Shown: positions 14,791-28,429 of the stretch, one piece after another
Layout of the letters: each line of letters opens with the position of its first letter
Position numbering within the stretch: the first letter of the stretch is position 1
Assembly: GCF_000150275.1 (NCBI RefSeq)
Contig: NW_002060958.1
Span: forward strand, 1,496,265 to 1,560,264
DNA length: 64,000 bases
Source: Trichoplax adhaerens
Taxonomy: Eukaryota > Animalia > Placozoa
Direction: 5' to 3'
Translations under genes and position numbers: made by a program
The notes under the pieces: generated by a model
Database searches by the model: none
Told to the model about the DNA's origin: nothing
Seen by the model: only the letters and a program-made list of their open reading frames with translations

Positions 14791-15914
14791 GTTAACAGTA
14801 CAGGACGAGCAAGTAGTCAGATATGTTAAAGCGGCATGGATACCTGCTTATGTATTAGCTTAAAACAGAGAAAGCACTTTGTAATGCCATCAAGCGCAAG
14901 TATAAGAAGAATAGCTTCTTGCATGGATCAGGCATAATTACCGCAAGTCAAGCGAATATAACTGGTATAATAACTTTCAAAAAATTTAATTCTTTGAGGG
15001 CAAATTACAAAAGCAAGTAAGCATCGTCAATGATACCATCTAACCAGTTAATAAAGAAATCTGTCGTACACAAGGAAGATGGACAAGTGCGTCTGTAAAT
15101 TATGTATCCATTTATATACACATGGAGTAATTCTACAGGTTAGAATAGATGACTTGGAATTTACATCAAGAGTACAATGGAATAAAAATCGTTTCCATCA
15201 GTGTCTATAGTGGCAATTAACTCACAAATTATATTTCATCGTGGACTCAAATACAAACCACATTAATTACCACCCAAATTATGTTGAAATAGCAAAAACA
15301 AAGGAGACGTCCAACATCTTTAACTAGTATAATCAATTACACTCTGAATATATGTTAATGTTATCGTGTCGCAATAAATTACTTTATTATCATATTAGAA
15401 AATAGACTAAAACAAGAAAAATTACAACAATCAGAGAAAGAAGTAAAATATGATAAGAGGGTTTATGTTTTTGAAATCATAAAGTCATTCGGTTATAATT
15501 TAATGTAATATCTGATTAAATCAACGGTCATAATTATGAATATTATCCGCTAAGCGTGACATAAGACATCAATTTGAAAATAATAACGAAACACTTTTTG
15601 TGTGGTAACACTCTGGATAATTAGTAAACATTTTACATAAAAATGAATATTGTGCATTTAATAATACATAATAGTTGTGAACTGCTACCAAAAGTATTTC
15701 AAAGCTAGGATATTTACATCAATATCATCATGCTCTTTATTGCTAAAAATCTGATGGTTTAAATATAAGTTTAGCAATTGGTGAATGATTGATTGCTTGC
15801 GTCAATCAAGATTTCATACATTTTTATTAAACATTTCATCGGTGACAAGTTGGTTTTAAATAAAAATTATGCATTTGTAGATAGGATCATCAGTATAGTA
15901 TCATTTTGGGTGCA

Positions 15915-16478
15915 TTAATCTAGTGTAGATAGATTTATTCTCTCTTTAGGACTTAAAGCATCTATCAGAAATTCTGTATCACCACGACGCTTTTTCCTAT
16001 TCGATTCTTCATCCATTGCATCCATAGAATGGAAGATTTCATCTTCGCAGCGATAATCCTCTTGTATTTGTATGAGCAGCTGATTTAACTGAATTTTGGT
16101 TTTTGCATTTCCAACTAGGTCATCGACGATGGCGCTAACATACTTGGCTAAGCAATTGAAGCATTTAACTAGACTTTTGCATTCTTCATCGACTGCATTT
16201 TCAAAACGTTCACGATTATTACAACTCTGACATAATGCAGTCTGATTTCGACCAGTCCATCGACAGTGCTTACACACGTAATGACAGCATAATTTGGATT
16301 TTACTGGAAAGACCACCAATCTTCTACACCATGTGCATATCATGAGTTGCTGAAAGCGTCTGCAAGACTCTAACAATTCGCTACAGCTGGTTTCCGACGG
16401 TGGTTGTGTTAATAACCGGCAAAGTTCAACGTAGACACTAACAGCTACGCTCTTTCTACTTTTTGCCATAGGAATCAT
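15915..16478 (-). CDS. MSL2: MSL2-like RING-finger E3 ubiquitin ligase (187 aa; no CXC domain seen)
   Basis: Single ORF with VYVELCRLL..FQQLMICTWC..CCHYVCKHC..CQSCNNRERFEN..LVKCFNCLAKYV. This parallels the MSL2 N-terminus (LYISASRLV..FRQSLSCCVC..CQHYVCKTC..CSWCKDYEQFEEN..LVNCYKKLCEYI). Confidence 0.85.
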   Translation of the reverse strand: MIPMAKSRKSVAVSVYVELCRLLTQPPSETSCSELLESCRRFQQLMICTWCRRLVVFPVKSKLCCHYVCKHCRWTGRNQTALCQSCNNRERFENAVDEECKSLVKCFNCLAKYVSAIVDDLVGNAKTKIQLNQLLIQIQEDYRCEDEIFHSMDAMDEESNRKKRRGDTEFLIDALSPKERINLSTLD

Positions 16479-17739
16479 TTTTGGTACATGACTAATTGTG
16501 ACGGTTGGGAGTCAATGCTGGGCTAGTACGATAATAATGCTGCCTTGAGATGTTGTTGGCAATCCAGTTAATGATCTGTAATAGAATGAATTCAATTCAA
16601 ATAGGGTTGAGGTTATCAGAAGGTTATTAAAACAGTCCATTATAGCCTAGCTAATTACTCATTCTAACTTTAGCTTTGATATTTTAATAAAAATATTATG
16701 CTATTTGTAAAGTAGGTTAGTCATGACTGTCTATTTTATTGAAAGCAGTTATCAGTACAAGAATTACTGTAGGGCTACTTTAACCCTTTAAGAAGTGGTA
16801 CTGAATATCATCAAGTACAACAATATACGAGTACTATTGTTGATTAGATTCAACTCGGACTTCATCGCGTAGGTACTTAGCCATTCCTGCGAATTTTGAT
16901 ATCTTTAAAAAAGGCCAATGAGCTCTTAGCATCATGGCTTCCATCGACTAAGCACTGTACTGTATATGAACAAGTGTGTTGCGTGTAGAATCCATTCGAT
17001 TTTTAGTAGCTAGTATACAGTAAGTTGTAGTTCTATCAAGCAGAATGATTGCGAATTTCCAAGGGGGCAACATCTCATGGTAGTGAATGACAAATTGTTG
17101 ATTACCAATAAACAGATGTAGATAATGGGTTTTGTAGCCTCTTCTCATCTGCGATTTCTTTAGTAAAGATAGCCGACTATTCTACGTTACATGGTGCTCA
17201 CTTCCTACAGTATTACTTTTATCATCCATTACACTACAGGGAATTAGCAGAAGTCGCTGTACTGATCTATTTCTTATCCATCACTTTAAATGTTGTTATT
17301 CATTTAGACGATACTACAGTATGCTAGACTATAGCTATAGTATTTATTAAATCATACTACGATACAGGCTCTTCGAGAAGATAAGAGAATCACTCGATCA
17401 GTTCCTTTGCTCTACTTATTGGGGACCTTATAGCGATAGGCAAGATTGTGGTGATTTCAGTCAATGCATAAAATTAGAAAGTTACTCCATTGATGACACA
17501 GTTTACGTAGCGGATTCAACTTGCAAGTCAAGAAGGTAGAACAAAGTTGATCGCCTTACAGCCACTCCGAGCTCCAAGTCTACTCCAATGGTAGCACTCA
17601 TCGTATCCAAAGTAGGAAGAAAATAGACTCAAGTTCAAGTATACTGTTGGATGAGTCGAAAGATTTTATTCAACCGATCCAGGTAGAATTATCTCACGCA
17701 GTAGCTTACCATCATGGCAATATCAGTAGCAATTGATTG

Positions 17740-18960
17740 ACTGTGAATCAATATCTCTATTCGATCCTAGTTGAATCTAGTGGACTATCATGTCAGCAAG
17801 TTTGACTATTTGAAGTGATACTGCAGTACTTAAGAGTAATGCCATTTCCGATTGATCCTAATTCAATCTGCAATGGCGTTGGCTACCATGACAGTCAGCC
17901 ATATGATTTGAACTAATAGTGTGCAAACTATCTTGGATCGATTTTCGTTTCATTTGCGTAGGTAGTGGCTATCACGACAGTCCATTCCATGATTTGAACG
18001 AATAGTGAGTAAAATATGCAATCGATCCTAATTGAATCTGTATTGGCGTTGACTATGATGACAGTCAGCTACAAGGCTTGAGCTAACAGTGAGTAAACTA
18101 TCTCCAATCGATCTTTGTTCAATCTTAGCTATGATGATTTAAACTGAGGGTGAGTCAATTATCTTCGATTGATCTCTGTTCAATCTTAGCTACTACGACA
18201 GTCAGTTTGATGATTTGAACGAAGAGTGTGTAAAATATGCGATCGATCTTCGTTGAATCTGCATTGGCGTTGACTATGATGACAATTAGCTACAAGGCTT
18301 GAGCTAAAACAGTGAGCAAACTATCTCTAATCGATCTTTGTTCAATCTTAGTTATGATGACAATCAGTTTGATGATTTAAACTGAGGGTGAGTCAATTAT
18401 CTTAGCTACTACGACAGTCAGTTTGATGATTTAAACGAAGAGTGTGTAAAATATGCGATCGATCCTCGTTGAATCTGCATTGGCGTTGACTATCATAACC
18501 GTCAGCTATATGACTTGAACGAACAGTGAGTAAACTATCTCTAATCGATCTTTGTTCAATGTTAGCTATCACAACTGTCCGTTCTCTAATTTAAACGAAC
18601 AGTGAGTAAAATAACAAATTCATCCTAGTTGAGTCTGCATTGGTGCTGACTATTATAACAGCGAATTCGATGATGTTCACCAGTAGTAAGTAAACTATCT
18701 CCAATCGATCTTGGTTCAAAACTACGTTGGCGGTGGCTATGACAACAGTTAGTTTGAATCATTTGAACTAAGAGTGAGTAAAATATCCGGATCGAGTTCA
18801 ATCGTTGAATCTGCATAGGTGTTGACTATCATCCATGGTGAGTCGACTATTTGCGATCAATTGTAGCCCAATGTGCGTTGATGATAACAATCAGTGAGAT
18901 GATGTAAACTAATGGTGAGTAAAGGTATCTGCAATCGATCTTGTTTGAAACTGTATCTCA
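17740..18960. repeat. Degenerate ~75 bp minisatellite with higher-order duplication
   Basis: Recurrent ATCGATCTT..GTT(C/G)AATCT..GACTATGATGACAGTCAG..GAGTAAACTATC units; 18010-18240 is close to 18230-18470. Confidence 0.75.
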
Positions 18961-19883
18961 TTCAATATCACCACAGCAATTTAGCGTGCTCGACGTAGTC
19001 TAGCATGGGGCATAGTCCTACTTTCGACTGCAATGGCGTGTATGTCAATCGTGTCGTCTCCAAGATAGCTAGAAAAGTAGTGGGCCTACTATGTTCATAG
19101 CTACTGTAGTCAATTGATGAAGGATAGAAGACATCGTTGATGGGGTACTTGTTGGCTGTTCAAGTCTCGATCTGAGCCACATCCTGTACCTAAAAATGGG
19201 CCCATCTCATTGAACGATTGAGTGGCTGACTGTCGTTCGTTTGCATCGCTTTCCAAATTGGTAGAGAGAGTCTATTCTACTTACATGGGTAGCAATGGTC
19301 GTTGAAATCGATCAATGGAGACAAGTCTTTGGGCTCTTTTTTTGCCTACCAATGGAGCAAGATGGCTGTCAAGAAGGTTTGAGGGAAAATGGTCGCCATG
19401 GACAAATGGTTGCAATGGTGATTGGCTTGAGGCGTGAGCGGCTTGACGTGTTGATGTTGTCAACCCAAAGGTCACACTCACTTTCTGGAGTCTGGTGTCA
19501 ACTCAAGAGTGAGTGTCACAACTGCACTATCGGGATGAGTCAGCAGCGATCCAACGAACGACACAATACGATGACGTGTCGTCTGGTTGGCAGTCTGCTT
19601 CTACTCCAGTCAGTGACAATCGAGGACTATTTTGTATTGCATACAGTATAGGTCGTTGGCTACAGAAAGAGCATCATGCCAGCTGTCTGCCCACTCTGTC
19701 CTACAGATCGCATTGCCTGTCCCATCTTCCAGCAGAGTCCAGTAGTCCAGTACTGGACACAGTACTATAGTACTTGGTCATGATAGCATTTTACAAAGTC
19801 GCAGAAACTTGAAAATCGAAAATAAATTGATAGATCATGTCTGTACCTCTGAAAACAAGAATCATTTTGGAATTACTGTACTG

Positions 19884-20486
19884 TAGACTGCATACTGTAC
19901 TGTCCTGCACTTGCATAATGAGAACGCGAAGTACTGTACACTGTACAGTAAGTACTGTAGTGGTCACGAGTTCGCTGAGTACTGTGCTACTGTATACAGT
20001 ACTGTACAGTACTGTATCCTGAGTGTACAGTATAGTGTACTGTAAAGTAAGTACTGTAGTCAGGACAATGAGGAGGTACTGTTGTGCGCATGGCTCATTT
20101 CCAAGACCAGGCCAAGACATTGATTTCAAAATTCCCTAAGCAGCCATGGACTATTTCTATTTTTTTACAGCTAGTGGAATTAGACTGCATACTGTCCTGT
20201 ACTTGCATAATGAGAGCGCGAAGTACTGTACAGTACACTGTACAGTAAGTACTGTATTGTGCTATACTGTACTGTACTGTACAGTACTGTATCCTGAGTG
20301 TACAGTATAGTGTACTGTAAAGTAGGTACTGTAGTCAGGAGGGTACTGTACTGTACTGGAAGTACAGTAGTCCGGACTCTGAGGAAGTACTGTTGTGCGC
20401 ATGGCTCGTTTCCAGACCAGGCCAAGACATTGATTTTAAAATAACCTAAGCAGCCGTGGACTATTTCTCTTCTTTTACAGCTAGTG
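19884..20486. repeat. Two tandem ~300 bp copies rich in TACTG/TACAG blocks
   Basis: TAGACTGCATACTG...CAGCTAGTG occurs at ~19884-20176 and ~20181-20486. Confidence 0.85.
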
Positions 20487-22443
20487 TAGTAGGCTACTTT
20501 TAGCATATTGCACTATGGTAGTGTAAAGTACTCATCTTTGCACTCCACCGGGATCAACTTGGAAGAACGACCAGATCTCTATGCTACCGCTAAAGAGGAA
20601 GAAAAACAACCCATTGTTATACTGTAGACGCGTAGAATAGACATGTAGTCACCCTTTTGCATCCAAGAGTGCAATTTGTCAAACAATTTTTACAATGCAT
20701 GTCGAAAATACACCATTCTAGGATAGACCTTCATATACGCTCCATCATTTTATATTCTATAGTACAATGATTAGTGTTTTTAGCTATGTCGTTAATTTCA
20801 AATGTTAAAACTACTAAGTGTAAATATGGCTGGCCAAGTGGCCATTTCCAATGCGATAGCTGGCATCACCTGAACTACAGTACCAATGGTACAGTATACG
20901 GTCAACTTTACTGTACTTTGTATTGTAGAACGAGGAATTCCACCGGTCCAATTTTCAAAATCAATTTTCAAACCGTCCTCGATACAAACAAAGTTTATCA
21001 TCGCCATTCATCTTCTCTTCCATCGGATGCAGAATATTCTTCCTGGACGAAAGGTAACCGAAATCATTCAACTTATAGTATTAGAAGGACCACTGTAGAC
21101 TAAAGTTCTCTCTTACTCGATAGCGAAATAAAATTCAATGATCAACTTGATTGCGATGAGTTGAACAGGACTGCTAATGAACTCTTCAACTTAAACGTTA
21201 TGTAAACTATGATGTAAACACAAGCAGCCAACTTGATAGTCTTTCCAAATATTCACATCGCTTATGTTGAAGATGATTATTGTGATTGCTATCGTGTATT
21301 GTTGTGAATGGATGGATGCAGTAGCCCTACTGTGATAGCAATGCGTCAATAGAGCAATCATTTTTCATATCCGGTCCGATCATAGGATCCATCTTATCCT
21401 GTATCTGTTTGTTGACATCATGTAGAAAATGATTCTTAGTAGTAATTCATGTCTGAACGGAAAATCTTCTACGATGCCGCTGGACTCTACCAATTCATAT
21501 ATGGCAGCATTCATTTATTGATAGGATTATTCATTAAAGTTGTCTTTGTAATTAAATTTCTAGTATCAATAAGGGACAATCTGCACCCCCATTCAGCCAA
21601 GGAGACAACTAGCATACATAATTCGATTTGTTGACGTGATCCATTTTAGAGAAAAATGATTGCTTGTTAGCCTTAAGTAATGATGCTATATTTTATATTA
21701 GAATACTACTACGACGTAGTTGGGTTGAACGAATTTATAAAAAACATCATTCGTTACTTGATCAGATTTTATAGTGTCAGTTAAAACCTGGTTCTATTGA
21801 CGTTACACGTTATATTATATTACTTACACTAGGAAATCATTCATTGCTAGTCTTCATTTAAAGTCTGCTATGACATAGCTTCACCTAAACAGTTCATGAA
21901 GAACAGTATTCCTTTCTTGATAAGGCTATATAGTTTCTATCAGGGCCAGTCATCACGACAAGCAGGAACTATATGGTCCTGGTTGTTTGTTGATATTATA
22001 CGTTAAATAGGAAATTATTTGCTGTTAACCATTCGGCTTTAATTCATAAATGACAGCATTCGTTCTCTGATACGGTTACATTGTGTCATTTCTATCAGTA
22101 GTCCCTATTCCTATCATTATTAATCTTAATTTTAAAGTCATCATGGCCCCGGTCTGCACCTTGTTTCATCGATCGGGACAAAGTATAATCATACAGTATC
22201 TTGTTTATCTCTATAGTGCTATCGATTTGATAATTACATAATCGACAGTGTTGATTTACTTTCATACTGCCATTACAGTTATCTTCAAAGCCTTCTAACT
22301 CTTCAATACAAACTACCACTATGCTAACCTTAGTATAGTACAATGCTTTTCTATTTACTGTGACTATCACAATACCAACTTGTCATACTATCATCTTTTA
22401 CAGTTTATCTGTCTGTGATACAATATCAACAACGATATACTAG

Positions 22444-24588
22444 ATGGAGATCCAATCTGAACCGAGTGAAAAAGTGAGTTGTGCATGGGATATCGACTTG
22501 GAGGACTGGGAAAAACCGACAAAGTCCAAGCGTAAGCCCGATCTTAAGCAGAAATATCTCAAGAAAAACAAACAGAAAGTGGAAATAGTTCCATGTACTA
22601 TGAATCAAGAGCTAATGATTAATAGAAAAATGCTAGATGTGCGCAGATGGTAAGAGATGATACACTATATGAATACCAGCAAATAGCGTATAGTATTCAG
22701 CAGAGAGTGATGCCAAAGTTTTAATTTGATTACCATTCATATACACCATGTCATAACAAAGTTACAATATTCGTTAACATGTACTGGCTAGGTTTTGCAT
22801 AAGTCGACCTCAGTATTGGAAATCTTGTGGTATGTCATCGGTAGTTTCATGTTGGAATTATTTATTCAGTACTTTGGGAGCAGGAAGGTTTGTAAAAAAT
22901 TCTACTACATACGCATTAGTGGGTTGCTATGAAACCGAAATGATTCCCAAAATCTAAATCGATACCTATGTTATTAGCTTAAATCCTATACGGCAAGAGG
23001 ATGCGCTTTCTATTCTGGGATTTGAAAAGCCTTTTAATGAAATTCATTTTGGCCCTTTTACTGGCAATGCAACGCTAATGAGGTAATGATGGACGCTAAT
23101 GACCGCGCATTAATGTCTGTTACAGACTAGTCATTGCCATTATTATCCATGTTGTATTTTATTTACTGTTTACTGTTAGTCTTGAACTCACCCTTAGTGG
23201 ACAGTACTAGCTTATCCACCCTTATAGCTCAATATTATATTATTTGTGACAACATTTAATTTTATGGCATCAAAATGTTAGATGATAGTAATGAAATGAT
23301 TACTACTGCCAGTCCTGTACAGCAGGCTACGCTAGTACAACGATCGGCTACAAATAGAGTGCAATATTCTATGTTAACAAAGTACCTACATGATCCTCTT
23401 ATAAAAACTTCCCAGATTGATTGCATGTCAATACCATAGGACATTTACATAAAATAGTAAAAGTAAGAAAATAAAATGATATTTTTGCATATAATTTTAG
23501 ATGGTTTAGAAAGCTTTGCATATTCTTTGGAGTGAAAGGAAGATGCTCTTATTTTTATAAGCCTCATGGGGCAGGCAAAACTTCAGGCGTCACCGCAGAC
23601 TGCGCTCTTGAATTACTCCAAACAGGGCTCCGAAGTAGTAATTGTGCCTTCATCTACCATTGCAATAATCATTATATGTGTCCAATTGGATATGAAGTCG
23701 TACCACAATCTGCCGAACATGCTTACAGGTATGTAAACCAGGGAAACCTTTAATGTTCTCTAGTAATCTAAATACTAGGTATAATTAATAATTGCAATCT
23801 AGAAGTAAGCTCCAATATAAGCTGCAACAACAGAATCTTGCTGTAGCTATATACGGACATCAATATAATTAACATTGAATAATTGTATAAATTTTATAGA
23901 CCAGTTAAGGGAGATGTGGTATGGACTACTAAAAGACCTACTAAAACAAGGTCTCTTAGCAGTCCATGGATGTGAATACCAATATATGACTTTGCCTTTT
24001 TGAAAATGCTATAAATAGAGTAAAATAACTTTTCTTATGAACTATTTGAATTCAATTTATTACCATTTCTCTACAAGCGATGTAACAAGCGGCGTATACA
24101 ATGAAGATGAACGTAAGAGTTGGATTTTAGTGGGTGATACAAGCAAAAAACAGCCTGGTATCCACTGCATACCGTATGTGTACAATAGTTAAATATTATT
24201 TTTGAACATTTTGTATTACGTTTACCGTAAATGAATCAATAAGGTCGTCAGATAAAACTAATACGTGATAGAATAATGCTGCTGTGTTGAATTATTGTAC
24301 GACAGTTGGGAAGAAATTGTTAAAGATCTGAATACCCAGATGCCATACCTTTACGATGTTCGACGTCGATATAAAGGCATAAAGAAATTAAATACCAGCA
24401 AAGAAGGTGGAAATATACATTGTCTCATGATATTTCGTAAATGTTCTACGCGTTGTTCGGACGTAGCGAAACAAGTCTTGCAGCCGATTCAAGACTCCGG
24501 GAGTAATATTGATGATAACATATTAAAAGTCAACTTTAATAGCGTGCAAGAAGATACTACGACTGAATTGATAGATCTCGATATTTAA
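22444..24588 (+). CDS. BIVM: Basic immunoglobulin-like variable motif-containing protein; exons 22444-22649, 22792-22887, 22978-23082, 23501-23728, 24078-24173, 24306-24588
   Basis: The spliced, phase-compatible translation gives [91 protein letters not shown] and GGNIHCL. All are hallmark BIVM motifs. Confidence 0.95.
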
Positions 24589-24654
24589 AGTCAAATTTAT
24601 TGTAATGTGAATCACTTTCGTTGTATAGTAATTGGCAAGTGTTATTTGCATTTT

Positions 24655-24775
24655 AAGCTTTAAAGTAAATCCTGAGCAAGAAAATACTCTGTTTGCTTTG
24701 GGCTTAAAAGGATAACACTGCATACCCTCAAAAATATCTTACTGTAGATCTTCTTGTTTATTGAATAGATTTCTC
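24655..24775 (-). pseudogene. Decayed copy of CMC4 exon 2
   Basis: Aligns by eye to 27110-27225 (TAAATCCTGAGCA..TTTG..GGCTTAA..ATATCTT..ATCTTCTTG). The translation remnant is KPKANRVFSCSGF versus intact KPNAKNSICCSGF. The splice acceptor and most Cys codons are lost. Confidence 0.75.
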
Positions 24776-25439
24776 ATAGTTCTATCACTAGCAGATCAAC
24801 TCTACCATAAATCATTATTCATTTTAATTGAGGTGGTAGTCTGTAGTCATAGACAGAATATATTGTCGCTAATTCACTGTAAAGTATAACACAACCTGTG
24901 CGGAGTTTCATTACAGTCTTCCGTTAGTGATAATTATTTTGTTCACTACTATACGTATGTTAATCTATGCGACTCTATTTACATTCTTGTTCATTTTTCG
25001 CAATTTTGCAGACATTTTATTCAATCTATTTGTTATAGCTTAGGTTACTTTTATCAAATTTGGCTGAAATTTTATGTACATAAGCTTTAGCTTATACTGT
25101 CAACCAAATCTGAGGAGAAAAGTTTATGTTACTGCTAGTCATGACTGTATCGCTGATGACAGTAGAATTTCCTTTCTTAGTAAAATGACAAGGTTTATAA
25201 CATAATCTTCTCCATGTAATGTGCAGGAGTGAAATCATCATTTACGTTTATAATTAATGTACTATTACATGTTATATATAAATAAAGTATATTGATTTAC
25301 ACTTTTGTCTTTCATGCGCTATTCTAAGTGTTGCATTGGCATGATTTAGCTCAGTAATAGTGGCAATATACACCGTACTCTCCATCGCTTACAATAAATT
25401 ATCTCTTATTTCCAAAATCTAAATTTACGCTAGGTAATA

Positions 25440-27054
25440 TTATTTGCTTAAATCCAGTATGCCAAGAAGATGCGTTCTAGGTTTTGAAAAGTCTATTGAC
25501 CCTATTAATTTTCGGTCCCATTACTGGTAATTTGCGGCTAATGAGGTCATGATAAGGTAACATACTCTACTGTCCTTCGTGTATCCATCGTCGCCATGTT
25601 ATATTTTTTGTCTTCGGTTATAGTGCTAGCATTCCTTACAACTCAATCTAATTCTACTATCGTAGTTACTTTTAAGCTATTAATGTCTTTATTTACAAAT
25701 GGGTGAAAGAGCTACTAGTATAGATTTGTATAGTATACCTTATTAGTAGCAAGATCACATCTTAAAATAAAATTTTATAAAGGCAGGCAAAGTACATGTC
25801 CTATCAATAAAGATTGAATTTAATTTCTTTCTATACTCTCCGTTATCATAATATTTGCAGTACTCTTCAATGTAGTTTTTTCAAGTCTAATTACAAGTAC
25901 GTAACTATAGCGGGACAGTAGTAACAATTTAGAGACGGTATATAAGGCCCAGATGTTATTTATGAAATGTAATTTTAGCTGGTTTAGAGAATTATGCTTA
26001 TACTTTGGAGTGAAAGGAACATGCCCCTCCCTTTATAAACCTCATGGGATAGCAAGAATGCAGGAATCACTGCAGACAGCGCTCTTGAATTACTGCCAAC
26101 GGCATTACAAAGTAATTATTGCACTTTCATCTATCATTGTCATAATCATTATACTGTATGTATTCAATTGGATATGAAATCGTACCGGAATTTGCCGAAC
26201 GTGCCTACAGGTACGACAGCTAAAAGTAACATTAAATGTCTACTAAAATGCTAGGTATAACTTACAATCTAGAATAGGCTTCAACGCAGGCTAAGGAGAA
26301 TACAATCTTATAGTTGTAAACAGTATGTTAACATCGTTAAGAATGTATAAGAGTACCAATTTTATAGGCTAGTTCAGTGAGATGCGTAATAGATCAAAAC
26401 ACGATATTGCTTTTATTTTGAAGGTTGCACGAGTAGTATGGATGTCTTTTGATAATTTAAGAAATAGAATTTAGTAGATTTTATTTTCAACTACTCGTAT
26501 ATAATAATATAATGTATCATTAAATCTGCAATGTTATGTCTGCAAGCGATGCTGCAAACGGCATGGATAGTAGAGATGGAAGTGAGACTTGGATTTTAAT
26601 TGGCTATACCAACGAAGAACAAACAGGCTTTCATTGTATATCGTATGTTTTTATGGTATTTACATCTTACTTTTAATTAATAACAATTAATTTTGAAATT
26701 AACCAACGAGATACCGGAATAGACAGGTGCTAGATAGACTAACACTGCTGTATGACATGGTTGCGGTACAGTTGGAAAGGAATTGTTCAAGATTTGAATA
26801 CCCAGATGCCATACCTGTACGATATTCGACAGCGATATAAAGGTATCATCAAGTTGGATGCTCCCAAAGACGGTAGCAATAACCATTGTCTGATGGTGTT
26901 TGGAAATTGTTCAACACGCTGTTCAGACGTAACGAAACGTATCCTGTAGCTCAATCAAGACTCAAAGAATAATATAAACGATAATATATTAACAGGCACG
27001 TTAAATGTTGCGGAAGAAGATACTGTAATCAAGTTGATCGATCTTGATAAGTAG
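25440..27054 (+). pseudogene. BIVM tandem-duplicate pseudogene (homologues of exons 3-6)
   Basis: WFRELCLYFGVKGTCPSLYKPHG is followed by frameshifts. [24 protein letters not shown] has a premature TAG at 26947-26949. The exon 3 homologue carries indels, and exons 1-2 are not recognisable. Confidence 0.9.
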
Positions 27055-27109
27055 CACAGAATTTCTTGACTGCGAACTGCATTGTTGTCCACATGTTAGC
27101 ACGTATAAA

Positions 27110-27489
27110 TTACTCTTTAGACTTAAATCCTGAGCAGCAAATGCTATTTTTTGCATTTGGCTTAAGACAGCAACGTCTCATGGCTTCGAGTATATCTTTG
27201 CATTTATCTTCTTGATAATGATTATCTAATAATAATTATTAAAAAGATAGTTAGTTTATAGCTAATGGATTGAATAGCAGATCTAATGTGCAATGACAGT
27301 GACGGATATTTATTTAGTGTAGCATTTGCTGTTTAGGATTTGTTATTGCATCAAGCGCATTATTACGTTTTATACACATCATAATGAATATTTGAGTGAT
27401 AATCAAGAATATCTACTTCACCATTTACCTCTTAAACAGACTTGAATTGCGCAGGCAATGTCCTTGCAAGGTTCTTTCTTTGGATTCAT
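27110..27489 (-). CDS. CMC4: Cx9C motif-containing protein 4 (p8-MTCP1-like), 58 aa; exons 27489-27429 and 27225-27110; absent from the ORF track
   Basis: The spliced translation is MNPKKEPCKDIACAIQVCLRDNHYQEDKCKDILEAMRRCCLKPNAKNSICCSGFKSKE*. It matches the CMC4 pattern (DPCQKQACEIQKCL..SKC..IQELRKCC..VCSGF), with a canonical phase-1 GT-AG intron. Confidence 0.92.
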
Positions 27490-28429
27490 TTCCTTCGTGT
27501 AGATTAACTTCAGTAGGTCAGAATGATTTTGGTACCTAATCCATAATCAATTGAGATCAAATTTAGTTACTACATGAATGCAGGTAAAGATTATTGTTTA
27601 TGGCATTGTAGCACTGTAATTAGACTACACATCATAGCTACAATTTCGATTACATAAGGAACCAATATCGCTGTCCATGCATCGCCTTTATGTTGTTCGC
27701 TTACACACGACTCATGCAAAACTCTTCTTTCCAGTGTCATTATAGCCTATAACCAAGGACCAAGCATCTAGTGGTCCATGATCTAACCCTAACATGGCAT
27801 TTGCACAGTACTGGAATAAATGTCCATAAATAGGATAGCAGGTTGTAATCTTATTCGTAACTGGTTGTACTCGCACAGCACTGGTATCTTTCGAATCGTG
27901 CAAATAATGAACACAATTGTGAGTGGCATACGGAATTGCTGAAACTAAAATTAGCAATGCCATTCTAAATCCTATCGATTAATTGATAGCATTTAGAGGT
28001 AGAAAAGGTTCTTATCAATCCACTATGTCAAAGTGATGGTAAATCAAGAAGAAAATTCCATATTTATAGAATAATGTAGAATTCATACTTGAAGGCCATT
28101 ATCGAGTGATTGCATTTCTATCTCTATCTTCTGAAAACATTGAATTGATGTGTACATTGTACTGCATGCTATTTTTAGTTGGCTTATATATATGTGTAGA
28201 ATTGTCTTAAGCGTTTCGTCCAGTTGTTGGATTTGTGACAGAAAGTCTAGCTGTTTAACCTAGCTCTTACTCGAATAGCTGTTGCAATACAACGTTGCTC
28301 TATAGCATTTACTGTGCTGGTATTCTTGTTCAGTCAGGCAGCATCTCCTATACTGTACTGGAATTACAGAAAGTAGGCAATTGTTCAGCTACCCTCGGGC
28401 CCTTTTTAAGGGTTCAAGAGGCAGCTATT

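Noticed and set aside
22094-22146. Box C/D snoRNA-like ATGATGA...CTGA on the minus strand
   Set aside because: Too short, with no clear terminal stem or rRNA antisense guide.
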